This document shows positions 47,518 through 56,804 of a DNA stretch of 64,000 nt, one piece after another; position 1 is the first letter of the stretch; each line of letters begins with the position of its first letter. Source of the stretch: a virus; the IMG/VR virus record IMGVR_UViG_3300021135_000003; one strand, written 5' to 3'. Under the pieces are notes generated by a model, which saw only the letters and a program-made list of their open reading frames with translations, was not told the DNA's origin and did no database searches. The translations under genes and the position numbers were made by a program.

Positions 47518-49698
47518 ATGGATATCAAAGCATCAGATCTTTCCGCACGTCTTCTTGCTACTGAAAATCTTTCAGTGCAGCGTGCTAGAACTCGCACTGC
47601 ATCATTCGATGTAAAATCCCGTGTACTAACACTACCTCTTTGGAAAGATATGACTCCCGAGATTGAGGACATGCTTGTTGGTCACGAAGTCGGTCATGCA
47701 TTATATACAACCGATGAGTATTTTGTTCCTATTAAAGATAACTCAAAAATAATGACCTACCTCAACGTACTTGAAGATGTACGTATTGAGAAAATGATCA
47801 AACGTAAATATCCAGGTCTGCGTAAACGTATGAACGAAGGATATAAACAACTCAATGATCGTGACTTCTTTGGCGTTAAACAAGTTCAGAATTTCAATGA
47901 CTTATTGTTGATTGATAAAATTAATCTATACTTTAAAGCAGGATTTTCCTGTGGCGTTACTTTTGACGCTGATGAAAAACCATTCGTCAATCGTGCTGAA
48001 CGTACTGAGACTGTTCAAGAAGTTATCGATTTGGCTGAAGAGATCTGGGGTTACTCTAAACAAAAATTAGAGGAAAAGAAGAAACAGATGCTTGAACAAA
48101 ATCCTGAAGATCTCGAGCCAACTGACGATGAGCCTATGGGCGAGTTCGATGATTCGGATCTTGACTATGATGATTTTGAAGAATCAGAAGATCAAGATGA
48201 TTCTGACTTGAAACCTTCTAGCCAAAAATCTGCTTCAAACGAACAACGTGAAGAAGATAAACCTGATGAAACAACTTCTTCAGTTGGCGATCAAGAACTT
48301 GAGTCAAAGACTGAGAAAGCATTCTCTGAGAAATTAGAAGACCTTGCTGATGAGAGCAATGAATATCTCTATCATGAATTTGATACTGATTATTTTGCTG
48401 ATCCAGTAATCGGTTATAAACAGGTACTCAATGAGACTAAACAATATTGGGTTACTGAAGATAACCTTATTGAATCCGCAAAAATTATTGCTGAAGAAAA
48501 TAGTAAATATGATAAGTTCAAAACCGAGACTACACGTGCTGTAAATTATCTCGTTAAAGAATTTGAGATGCGTAAATCTGCTGCACTATACAAACGTGCT
48601 CAAGTAGCAAAATCAGGTTCTCTAGATATGAAACGTGTTTGGTCATATACCCTCAGCGATGATATCTTCAAACGTGTTACAATCCTTCCTGAAGGCAAAA
48701 ACCATGGTATGGTTTTCTTGCTTGACTGGTCTGGTTCTATGGATGGTGTTCTTGAAGATACTTTGAAACAGGTTATCAATTTGGCTATGTTCTGTGCTAG
48801 AATCAATATTCCATATCGTGTTCTTGCTTTTACTTCTCAGTACAATGATCGTAAATATCCTACTGAAGAAGAACGAATTAAGAATCGTCAGTGGGCTGTT
48901 AATAAAAATGCACGAAATGAAAACAAGAATATCTTGAGCAATGTAAGTAATAATTTTAATCTTCTAGAATTATTCTCCAGCAAAATGAGCACTAGTGAAT
49001 TCCACTCTATGGCAAAACGTGTTTTGAATACACGCAAATTCCAGTGGAACGATGGGTTCTCTACTGGTGGAACTCCACTCAATGAAGCATTGGTTTGGAT
49101 TTACCTAAACATTGACAAATATATCAAACAAAATTCTATTGAGAAAATGACTTTGATTACTTTGACTGATGGCGCTGGTGGACCATTGTATTCTTCTCGT
49201 GGTCTTGAAGATCAGAAATATGAATATGGTTCTGATGGCGTTACGAAGAAAGTTAAACAGAAACACTTTATTCGTGATACTGTTACTCAGAAGACTTATC
49301 AGTTGTCAAGATTTGCTGGTGTTCAAACTGAAACCTACCTGCGTATGATTAAAGATCGCCATAATATTATGATTGTTGGTTTCTATATTTGCGCAAACCG
49401 CAGACGTGATTTGCAGTGCGCATTGAATGATAATTTACCAAATTATAATGGTAATTCTACTTTCCAGATTGATTCTTGGAGGAAAGATTTCCGTGATCAA
49501 GGGTTTGCTTCAATTAAGAATACTGGTCGTGATGATTTGTTTTTGATTCCTCAAAGTTCAACGAAGATTGAAGAGGGTGAGTTAGATGTAAAAGCCGATG
49601 CGAATGCAAAGGTTATTGCAAAGAATTTCAGTAAATTCCTCAACATTAAGAAAACCTCCCGAGTGCTACTCAATAGGTTCGTGGGTTATGTTGCGTAA
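47518..49698 (+). CDS. Metallopeptidase-like (HExxH) plus VWA protein, CobT-like partner of the AAA ATPase
   Basis: LLATENL…ASFDVKSRVLTLP.W, GHEVGHAL, N.LEDVRIE, acidic linker, MIDAS LDWSGSM, GGTPL and LTDG. Confidence 0.85.
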   Translation: MDIKASDLSARLLATENLSVQRARTRTASFDVKSRVLTLPLWKDMTPEIEDMLVGHEVGHALYTTDEYFVPIKDNSKIMTYLNVLEDVRIEKMIKRKYPGLRKRMNEGYKQLNDRDFFGVKQVQNFNDLLLIDKINLYFKAGFSCGVTFDADEKPFVNRAERTETVQEVIDLAEEIWGYSKQKLEEKKKQMLEQNPEDLEPTDDEPMGEFDDSDLDYDDFEESEDQDDSDLKPSSQKSASNEQREEDKPDETTSSVGDQELESKTEKAFSEKLEDLADESNEYLYHEFDTDYFADPVIGYKQVLNETKQYWVTEDNLIESAKIIAEENSKYDKFKTETTRAVNYLVKEFEMRKSAALYKRAQVAKSGSLDMKRVWSYTLSDDIFKRVTILPEGKNHGMVFLLDWSGSMDGVLEDTLKQVINLAMFCARINIPYRVLAFTSQYNDRKYPTEEERIKNRQWAVNKNARNENKNILSNVSNNFNLLELFSSKMSTSEFHSMAKRVLNTRKFQWNDGFSTGGTPLNEALVWIYLNIDKYIKQNSIEKMTLITLTDGAGGPLYSSRGLEDQKYEYGSDGVTKKVKQKHFIRDTVTQKTYQLSRFAGVQTETYLRMIKDRHNIMIVGFYICANRRRDLQCALNDNLPNYNGNSTFQIDSWRKDFRDQGFASIKNTGRDDLFLIPQSSTKIEEGELDVKADANAKVIAKNFSKFLNIKKTSRVLLNRFVGYVA

Positions 49699-49800
49699 GT
49701 TATTGATTTAGAAGGGGATTTTAATCCCCTCAAGTTTGTAAGGTTATACAAAATATCGCTTTACTTTAATTGCGAACTGGCGTATAATAGTTGTATAAAT
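49694..49800 (+). promoter_or_regulatory. Repeated early-promoter cassette, copy 2 (IHF-consensus site inverted)
   Basis: taagttattgatt at 49696-49708 (reverse complement AATCAAtaacTTA), hairpin aggggatt/aatcccct, TTTACT at 49760-49765, TATAAT at 49783-49788. Confidence 0.8.
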
Positions 49801-49834
49801 TGATTGATTATGTTGTTTTTTGAAAGTGAGTTAT

Positions 49835-50998
49835 ATGATGGCTAAGATTGACAGTGCGTTTCAGACCGAGTTTGAGACTAAACTTTTTGAATTATTCCCT
49901 GATGTGAAAACCGAAGGACTTGTGCAAAATGCGCAGTTGCTTGAAACGATGCGTGCTCTTAATACGAAAACCTCACCCAAGTGGTTGATGGTGAATAAAG
50001 TAAGTCGTGGTTTGTATGCGATCGATGGTAGTAAACCTATGGTCGTTGGCAATACTGCTTTGAAACCCCAACCAAAGATTGAATCATTTACAGTGGATTA
50101 TAATAATACATCATCGTTGATTCCTGCGAAGGATCCAAATTTTGTTCCTTTCGGCAACTATGCTGACTTGGAAAATATTATTAAGGCGAAGATTTTCTAT
50201 CCAGCCTATATCAGTGGTCCGACTGGGAATGGCAAGTCAACTATGATTGAGCAGATTTGTGCCAAACATAAGCGTCCATTGATTCGTGTTAACTTGAATA
50301 TGATGACTGATGAGGAACAACTCATCGGTACGAAAACCCTCGAAGACGGTAACGTGCTTATCGTTGAAGGTCCAGTTCTTATCGCTATGCGAACTGGTTG
50401 TACCTTATTGCTTGACGAGATTGACGCAGGCTCAGCAAATACTTTGCTCTGTTTGCAACCTATCCTTGAAGGTAAACCCTATTACTTCAAACTTAAAAAC
50501 GAGATGATCGTTCCTGCTCCTGGATTTAATATTTTCGCTACTGCGAATACTAAGGGTAAGGGTTCAGATGATGGTCGTTACATTGGCACGAACGTCTTGA
50601 ACGAAGCATTCTTGGAACGATTCGCTGTTACGTTTGAACAGGATTATCCTAATGCTAAGATTGAACAAAAGATTATTGAGAATCTGATGGAAACCTACGA
50701 ATGCAAAGACGTAGAGTTCGCAGAGACATTGGTTAAATGGGCTGACGCAATCCGTCGCACGTTTGCTGATGGTGGTGTGGATGAAACTATTACGACTCGT
50801 CGTATGATTCATATTGTTCGTGCGTTTGCAATCTTTAAGAAGCGTGAGAAAGCAGTAGAACTTTGCTGCAATCGATTTGATTCTGCAACAAAGACTGCGT
50901 TCATTGACCTATATGATAAAGTTGCAAATCCTGCACCTGAGGTTCCTGCAACACCTGAAGTTGCTATAACACCTGCAAGTGATGAAGTGCCATTTTAA
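49835..50998 (+). CDS. CobS/MoxR-like AAA+ ATPase
   Basis: FVPFGN, GPTGNGKS, LLLDEID, ATANTKGKGSDDGRYIGTNVLNEAFLERF and ITTRR, as in phage 'CobS'. Confidence 0.9.
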   Translation: MMAKIDSAFQTEFETKLFELFPDVKTEGLVQNAQLLETMRALNTKTSPKWLMVNKVSRGLYAIDGSKPMVVGNTALKPQPKIESFTVDYNNTSSLIPAKDPNFVPFGNYADLENIIKAKIFYPAYISGPTGNGKSTMIEQICAKHKRPLIRVNLNMMTDEEQLIGTKTLEDGNVLIVEGPVLIAMRTGCTLLLDEIDAGSANTLLCLQPILEGKPYYFKLKNEMIVPAPGFNIFATANTKGKGSDDGRYIGTNVLNEAFLERFAVTFEQDYPNAKIEQKIIENLMETYECKDVEFAETLVKWADAIRRTFADGGVDETITTRRMIHIVRAFAIFKKREKAVELCCNRFDSATKTAFIDLYDKVANPAPEVPATPEVAITPASDEVPF

Positions 50999-51000
50999 AC

Positions 51001-51029
51001 TTGCTTTGCATATTAAATCGTAGTATAAT
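51001..51029 (+). promoter_or_regulatory. sigma70-type promoter
   Basis: TTGCTT-N17-TATAAT. Confidence 0.65.
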
Positions 51030-51059
51030 ATTATTTGAAATTGAAAAAGGAAATTGATT

Positions 51060-51509
51060 ATGTTGAAATTCGCTGACCTGAGTATGGCTCAAAAGAAATG
51101 TGTTGTTGCTTTGATTGAAGCCCAACCATCTCTAAAAAAGAATAGCAAGATCTCTTTGAAAGAAGTTGTTGCTATCACCCAAGATTTGGCTAAAAAGCGT
51201 AGTGCTGGTGCGCCAAAGATTGGATATCCTAACTGGTTGTTCAAGAGCAATAAACTTGAGCGTGGTTTGTATCAGTTGCCAGTTCCTACTGAAACTGAAC
51301 TCTCTACTTACGCTAAAGATTTGAACAACAAACCTTCTTCTAAGAAGATTGTAAAGAACAAGAAAGTAGTTAAGGTAGCCAAGACTGCTTCTACTACTGA
51401 TCTTTCTGAGACCACTCGTCTTGAAAAGATTATCAATGATTCTGTTGAAGTTGACCAAGATACGGAAGACTTCAATCAGATCTTACGTGAAAACGGCATT
51501 ACTGTTTAA
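51060..51509 (+). CDS. Basic hypothetical protein (possibly DNA-binding)
   Basis: AAGGA SD; Lys-rich, with KIGYPNWL…RGLYQLP. Confidence 0.65.
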   Translation: MLKFADLSMAQKKCVVALIEAQPSLKKNSKISLKEVVAITQDLAKKRSAGAPKIGYPNWLFKSNKLERGLYQLPVPTETELSTYAKDLNNKPSSKKIVKNKKVVKVAKTASTTDLSETTRLEKIINDSVEVDQDTEDFNQILRENGITV

Positions 51510-51521
51510 TCACGTGTTTGA

Positions 51522-51560
51522 GTCAGAGGGGTCACTGCCATCTCCCCTCTGACCTTTTTT
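51522..51560 (+). terminator. Strong hairpin plus U tract (terminator; possible pseudoknot)
   Basis: gtcagagggg-12 nt loop-cccctctgac-cttttttt. Confidence 0.7.
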
Positions 51561-51600
51561 ATTTTATGATGGTTCGTTAATTATGGAGTTTTCTCTTATT

Positions 51601-51861
51601 ATGTCTAAACAACAAACGCTGTTGAAACACCTCTCAGCTGGTAAAGCATTTACTGCAAAGCAAATCAAAGCATCTTTTGGTATTGCTCACCCAGCTTCCT
51701 CAATCCGTAACCTACGTGAACAAGGTTACTGCGTATACGCAAACCCTGCTGTTGTTAATGGCGCAGAAGTAGTTAAGTATCGCATTGGTAAGCCAACTCG
51801 TGCTATGGTTGCTCTTGCTGCTGCAATCAAAGGTTCATCTGTATTCACTCGTACAGTATAA
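51601..51861 (+). CDS. Winged helix-turn-helix DNA-binding protein
   Basis: LLKHLSAGKAFTAKQI…FGI…ASSIRNLREQGYCV…KYRIG. Confidence 0.7.
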   Translation: MSKQQTLLKHLSAGKAFTAKQIKASFGIAHPASSIRNLREQGYCVYANPAVVNGAEVVKYRIGKPTRAMVALAAAIKGSSVFTRTV

Positions 51862-51874
51862 TTAAGTGAGTTAT

Positions 51875-51902
51875 AAATGGATATTCTTCGGAGTATCCAT
51901 TT
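51875..51902 (+). terminator. UUCG hairpin after the wHTH gene
   Basis: aaatggatattc-ttcg-gagtatccattt. Confidence 0.65.
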
Positions 51903-51924
51903 GTCGTTTCATTTGGAGAAATGT

Positions 51925-52026
51925 ATGATTGAGATTATTTTAGGTATTACCTTCCTTATTATTATTGCTGTAGTTTGTAAAGGGATTTCCTGTATGAAAA
52001 ACCATAGTGAAACATTGGAGGATTGA
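51925..52026 (+). CDS. Small membrane peptide (33 aa)
   Basis: Read manually: MIEIILGITFLIIIAVVCKGISCMKNHSETLED*. GGAG SD; TGATG coupling to the next gene. Confidence 0.5.
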   Translation: MIEIILGITFLIIIAVVCKGISCMKNHSETLED

Positions 52027-52415
52027 TGTCAAAAGTAAAAATTCAAGATGCTCCATTTACTGGACAGTTTTCAAAGCAACAGATTCAAGATGCTATTAAA
52101 GAATCACAGAACGCCACTACTGGTGGTAGAAAATTTGATGGTGGTAAACTGCAATATGGTTTACTGCCACCACTCGCATTAAAAGCGACTGTAGAAATTC
52201 TAACATTTGGCGCAGAGAAATATGAGCCAGATAATTGGAAACATGTGCCTGATTCAAAACGTAGATACTTTGACGCAATGCAAAGACATCTTTGGGCATG
52301 GAAAGAGGAAGAGCAAAACGATCCCGAAACTGGCAAGAACCATTTGGCGCATGCAATGTGCTGCTTAATGTTTTTGTATGAGCATGATGTAAAGTATTCT
52401 AAGGAAACCAAATGA
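52026..52415 (+). CDS. dATP/dGTP pyrophosphohydrolase-like protein (DUF5664-type)
   Basis: GRKFDGGKL.Y.LLP…LTFGA.KY..DNW…RY.DA..RH…DPETG.NHLAHA.C. Confidence 0.85.
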   Translation: MSKVKIQDAPFTGQFSKQQIQDAIKESQNATTGGRKFDGGKLQYGLLPPLALKATVEILTFGAEKYEPDNWKHVPDSKRRYFDAMQRHLWAWKEEEQNDPETGKNHLAHAMCCLMFLYEHDVKYSKETK

Positions 52416-52765
52416 CCATCGAACAATGGATTTATGCAGCAACAGCATGGGGAATTTTAATTGCTATTATATATGGTAAAACTGGGTATCAAAACGTATT
52501 CAATTGTTACAAAATGTGGACAACAAAAGAATACTGGACTAATTATAACACAGTCGAGTTTCTTTCTTGGGCTGCAAAGGCAATTATTATTATTCCAGGA
52601 TTGATTTGGGGTATTCAACTTTGGTGGTTATATATCCTAACACTTGGTACAAGTCTTTCTTTAATTTGGGCGAGTAATAAGAAATTACTTCCAACCCTAG
52701 TAGGATTTAATACTATTTGGGCATGGATTAGTTGCATGGTTATTGTTCAACATTTAGTCAAATAA
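52412..52765 (+). CDS. Small multi-pass membrane protein
   Basis: Three to four hydrophobic, Trp-rich segments. Confidence 0.65.
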   Translation: MTIEQWIYAATAWGILIAIIYGKTGYQNVFNCYKMWTTKEYWTNYNTVEFLSWAAKAIIIIPGLIWGIQLWWLYILTLGTSLSLIWASNKKLLPTLVGFNTIWAWISCMVIVQHLVK

Positions 52766-52767
52766 AT

Positions 52768-52796
52768 TTGTCAAAAAGCCACTTTTAGGGTATAAT
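52768..52796 (+). promoter_or_regulatory. sigma70-type promoter for the clamp/clamp-loader operon
   Basis: TTGTCA-N17-TATAAT. Confidence 0.7.
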
Positions 52797-52837
52797 GAAT
52801 TATACATATTATTATACCAAACAAAAAGGAGTTAATA

Positions 52838-53014
52838 ATGGAACATGTATATGTGCGTTGCCCAATGGATGGAACACAGAATCAAAAGTTTTGTGGTCTA
52901 GTTGAACACTATAAATCAAATGGAAATATTGATGAATGTCCACATCTCCAAGAGTGTAGTGAAATTAAAAATTATGTTATCAATGAAGAAGGAAAATTAA
53001 ATGAAATTAAGTAA
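52838..53014 (+). CDS. Small 4-Cys protein (58 aa, possible metal binding)
   Basis: Read manually: MEHVYVRCPMDGTQNQKFCGLVEHYKSNGNIDECPHLQECSEIKNYVINEEGKLNEIK*. AAGGAG SD. Confidence 0.55.
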   Translation: MEHVYVRCPMDGTQNQKFCGLVEHYKSNGNIDECPHLQECSEIKNYVINEEGKLNEIK

Positions 53015-53657
53015 AGAAACTGTAGGTCTAATTAAGAACTTTGCTGGTATCAATAGCAATTTGCTTTTGAAGGCTGGTAATAAATTGGCCACTATCTCGG
53101 CTCAGAAAAACGTAATGGCTGATGCAGTTGTTACTGAAACTTTCCCAGACTTTGGTATCTATGACCTCAATGAGTTCCTCGGTGCCATGTCTTTGTTCGA
53201 TGATCCAGAATTGACATTCAATGACAAGTGGGTTACTATTGAACAAGGTGGCAACAGTATTAAATACTTTGCAGCTGAAGCAAGCGTATTGACTGCTCCA
53301 CAAAAAGCGATTACCTTCCCAGATCCAGAAATTGAATTTAATATGAGCGCAAATATGCTCAGCATGATTCAACGTACTGCTTCTGTATTGCGTGCTTCTG
53401 ATGTATCTATCGTTGGTGATGGTTCAACTATGAGCGTAGTTGTTGGTGATAAAAAGAATGCCACTGGTAACTCATATAACTCTACTGTTGGTTCAAGTGA
53501 CAAGAAATTCAAAGTTAATTTGAAAGTAGAAAACCTAAAAATGATTCCAGGTGATTATGCTGTTAGTGTTTCCAGTAAGAAGATCTCTCGCTTCAAAGGT
53601 GCTGGTGATTTGGTTTATTATGTAGCAGTTGAGGCAGATTCATCATTCGAGTTTTAA
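53001..53657 (+). CDS. gp45: Sliding clamp gp45
   Basis: MKLSKET..L.KNFA.IN, FGIYDLNEFL, ENLKMIPGDY and YYVA.E. Confidence 0.95.
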   Translation: MKLSKETVGLIKNFAGINSNLLLKAGNKLATISAQKNVMADAVVTETFPDFGIYDLNEFLGAMSLFDDPELTFNDKWVTIEQGGNSIKYFAAEASVLTAPQKAITFPDPEIEFNMSANMLSMIQRTASVLRASDVSIVGDGSTMSVVVGDKKNATGNSYNSTVGSSDKKFKVNLKVENLKMIPGDYAVSVSSKKISRFKGAGDLVYYVAVEADSSFEF

Positions 53658-53658
53658 T

Positions 53659-55128
53659 ATGAAGAACATTATTGTTCTTGGTGGCGGAACAGCTGGGTTA
53701 ATCTCTGCTATCACTTTAAAGAAAACTTTTCCCGATTATTCAATTAAAGTTATTGAATCCGATAACATTGGAATCATCGGTGTTGGAGAAGGATCAACTG
53801 AACATTGGAGACGATGGGTTGAATATTGTGGTTTAGACATTAGAAATTTAATTAGAGAAACTGATGCTGCATTAAAGAAAGGTATCAAATTTGAAAACTG
53901 GAATGGTGATGGTAAAAGTTATTTCCACTCACTTGGTGGATTATGGTATCCTTACAATCAACCAGTTAATGAAAATGAGTTTGTAAAATCTTTAATTATT
54001 TCAAATATTAAAACTGAAGATGTTTTAGTTGACACGAATTTAATTGATTCAAAATCTGGAATTTTTAGTGTCAATCAATTTCATTTTAATACATTCAAGT
54101 TAAATGTTTATTTACATAAGGTTTGTGAAGAACGTGGCATTGAAGTAACAAATGATACAATCTCCAATGTTACACTATCGCCTACTGGCGATGTTGCCTC
54201 TATTGTTGGAGAGAATGCTGAGTATTTTGCGGATTTCTTTATTGATAGTAGCGGATTTAAAAGGGTTATTGCTTCAGCAGTTGGAGCGAAGTTTATTTCC
54301 TATAAAAAATATCTTCCAATGAATCATGCATTAGCATTTCCAACTGATGATGTATCAGATCTTAAACCATACACACTATCTCGTGCCCTCTCTTCTGGAT
54401 GGAATTGGAGAATATCTACACAGGGTAGGTACGGTAATGGTTATGTTTTCTGTGATGACTTTATTGACTCAACAAAAGCCCATGATGAAGTTCAATCATT
54501 TTATACTGAACAAGTTAATGTCGCCAAAGATATTAGATTTGAAGCTGGTCGTGTAGATAAATTTTGGATTAATAATGTAGTTTCTGTCGGTTTATCTGCA
54601 TCATTTGTTGAACCTTTAGAAGCATCTAGTATCGGCAACTCAATATTGCAAGCATTTGGTATATGCGAAATGTTAGGGGACTGGGTTGAAGACAGATCAG
54701 TATGCAACAAATACAATGATACCTTTACTAAGTGTTTTGACAATATAGTTGATTTTGTTCAGTTACATTATATCACTAAACGTAAAGATACTTTGTTTTG
54801 GCAAACATTACCAGAGATGATGACGCAGACTGATTTTATTAAAGATCATCTTGAACATTTCAAACGAAATATGCCATCCCAGCATTATTTTTCTGGTTTC
54901 TATAATATGTTTAATGCACCAAATTGGGCTCAGGTAATGGCTGGTCTTGATTTGTATGAAAAAGAACATATGAAATATAATTTGATTAATACTCATGGTA
55001 AGGGTATAATTGAAAACCAGTTGACTGAATATGATAAGTATCTTTCTGAATTGGAAACTGAGTCGTGGATTGAACATAAAGTTTTACTATCCCAAAATAA
55101 TATTGTAGTAAAAATTGACCGTAATTAA
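53659..55128 (+). CDS. Flavin-dependent halogenase (tryptophan halogenase PrnA/RebH family)
   Basis: GGGTAG FAD motif, IGVGEGS, K.GIKFENW (catalytic Lys region), FFIDSSGF, GWNWRIS (WxWxIP variant), G.GYVF and FVEPLEAS. Confidence 0.88.
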   Translation: MKNIIVLGGGTAGLISAITLKKTFPDYSIKVIESDNIGIIGVGEGSTEHWRRWVEYCGLDIRNLIRETDAALKKGIKFENWNGDGKSYFHSLGGLWYPYNQPVNENEFVKSLIISNIKTEDVLVDTNLIDSKSGIFSVNQFHFNTFKLNVYLHKVCEERGIEVTNDTISNVTLSPTGDVASIVGENAEYFADFFIDSSGFKRVIASAVGAKFISYKKYLPMNHALAFPTDDVSDLKPYTLSRALSSGWNWRISTQGRYGNGYVFCDDFIDSTKAHDEVQSFYTEQVNVAKDIRFEAGRVDKFWINNVVSVGLSASFVEPLEASSIGNSILQAFGICEMLGDWVEDRSVCNKYNDTFTKCFDNIVDFVQLHYITKRKDTLFWQTLPEMMTQTDFIKDHLEHFKRNMPSQHYFSGFYNMFNAPNWAQVMAGLDLYEKEHMKYNLINTHGKGIIENQLTEYDKYLSELETESWIEHKVLLSQNNIVVKIDRN

Positions 55129-55143
55129 ATAATGGAGTAAGTG

Positions 55144-56097
55144 ATGATTGATTTTCGTGATGACCAATTTCTTTGGGTAGAAAAATATCGCCCACAGAAA
55201 ATTGATGACTGTGTTCTTCCTGAATCTTTGAAAGAAACTTTTAAGCAATATGTAACTCAGGGTGAACTACCTCATTTCCTTCTTTCTGGAACTGCAGGGG
55301 TGGGCAAAACTACCATTGCCAAAGCACTCTGTAATGAGATTGGTGCTGAATATATTATGCTTAATGGTTCAGATACTGGGGGTCATATTGATACCCTTAG
55401 AACTCAGATCAAGGGATTTGCTTCAACAGTATCCCTAACTGATTCACCAAAGATAGTTATTATGGATGAGGCAGATTTTCTTCAGGCAAACTCTACTCAG
55501 CCAGCCTTGCGTGCATTTATTGAAGAGTTCTCCGCTAATTGTCGTTTCATCTTTACTTGTAATTTTAAGAATAAGATTTTAGAAGCGATTCATTCTCGTT
55601 GCGTTTGTATCGATTTTAAGATTGACGCAAAAGATAAACAAGTGATGTTAACTCAATTCTTTAAACGTGCAACGCAAATTCTTAAACAAGAGAATGTTGA
55701 CTTTGATCAGAAAGTAGTTGCTGAACTAATTACTAAACACTTTCCAGATTATCGTAGAGTTTTAAACGAACTTCAGCGTTATAGTGTTTCAGGTAAGATT
55801 GATTCTGGTATTCTAGTTAATATGAGTCAGGAATCTTTCAAAGATCTAATTAAGATGATGAAAGAAAAAGATTTTACTAATGTGCGTAAATGGGTTGGTA
55901 AAAATTCTGATTCAGATACAGTTGCTCTGTTTCGTGAACTTTATGACACGTCAGTAACATATATGGTTCCAGAAAGTATTCCCTCATTGGTTTTGGTTCT
56001 TGCTGATTATCAATACAAAGCAGCATTCGTTGCTGATCATGAACTGAATATTATGGCAGCATTGACTGAGATTATGGCCAACTGTAAATTCAAGTGA
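55144..56097 (+). CDS. gp44: Clamp loader large subunit gp44
   Basis: FLWVEKYRP, GTAGVGKTT, DEAD, Q.ALR.FIEEFS.NCRFI, SRC and FPDYRR.LNELQRY. Confidence 0.96.
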   Translation: MIDFRDDQFLWVEKYRPQKIDDCVLPESLKETFKQYVTQGELPHFLLSGTAGVGKTTIAKALCNEIGAEYIMLNGSDTGGHIDTLRTQIKGFASTVSLTDSPKIVIMDEADFLQANSTQPALRAFIEEFSANCRFIFTCNFKNKILEAIHSRCVCIDFKIDAKDKQVMLTQFFKRATQILKQENVDFDQKVVAELITKHFPDYRRVLNELQRYSVSGKIDSGILVNMSQESFKDLIKMMKEKDFTNVRKWVGKNSDSDTVALFRELYDTSVTYMVPESIPSLVLVLADYQYKAAFVADHELNIMAALTEIMANCKFK

Positions 56098-56104
56098 GGC
56101 TGAT

Positions 56105-56434
56105 ATGACATTATATGATTATTTGATATGGATTGTTGTTTGGATTATGGGTGCTGTATATGGATGGTATGCTAGAGAACGTCATGCAAAAAGAACTATC
56201 GAGCGTTTTGTTACAGAGATAATGCCAAAGGTTGAAGAACAATCTGATTCCCGCATCCACGTTTCAATTGAAAAACATAATGGTGTATTTTATGTTTATG
56301 ATAAAATACAAAATGAATTTATGGCTCAAGGTAAAACTCGTAGAGAGTTAGAAGATGCTCTTGCAAAAAGATATCCAAATAAATATTTTGCCGCAACAAC
56401 AGAAGATCTAAGGGTACTCAATGAGTCCCTTTGA
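56105..56434 (+). CDS. Hypothetical protein with N-terminal TM helix, inserted between gp44 and gp62
   Basis: YLIWIVVWIMGAVYGW; GAGG SD. Confidence 0.65.
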   Translation: MTLYDYLIWIVVWIMGAVYGWYARERHAKRTIERFVTEIMPKVEEQSDSRIHVSIEKHNGVFYVYDKIQNEFMAQGKTRRELEDALAKRYPNKYFAATTEDLRVLNESL

Positions 56435-56804
56435 TTTTTTAAATGCAATTAATTTTACCAAAGAAGATTTGTTTGAAAAGGATCCGCAAGCAGGTAAAGA
56501 TTATAAACCTTTCATTATAAATAGAGGGTTATCGTATTTCCCCGATACCGTATTCTATGCTAACCAGATGAATCAACATGCTGGTTTAGATAAGGATATG
56601 CAGTTTTTCTTTTTCCTAAATATTATTTCGAGGAAAAAGAGATTTAGTAAGTGGTCTAAAAAAGACGCTGAAACGGAATCTCTTGAACTCGTTAAAGAGT
56701 ATTATGGGTATTCAAGTGAGAAGGCGACAGAAGCATTAAAAGTGCTGTCCGAAGAGAACTTGATTATGATAAAAGAGAAACTATATAAAGGTGGAAAATC
56801 ATGA
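56421..56804 (+). CDS. gp62: Clamp loader small subunit gp62
   Basis: PFDFLNAIN..K, Y.PFIINRGLS.F.DT, AN.MN, RKKRFSKW and VKEYYGYS.EKA. Confidence 0.92.
   Translation: MSPFDFLNAINFTKEDLFEKDPQAGKDYKPFIINRGLSYFPDTVFYANQMNQHAGLDKDMQFFFFLNIISRKKRFSKWSKKDAETESLELVKEYYGYSSEKATEALKVLSEENLIMIKEKLYKGGKS

Noticed and set aside
47518-50998. Cobalamin biosynthesis auxiliary genes (cobS/cobT)
   Set aside because: No CobN or other cob genes in the window. The architecture fits a generic MoxR-VWA pair.
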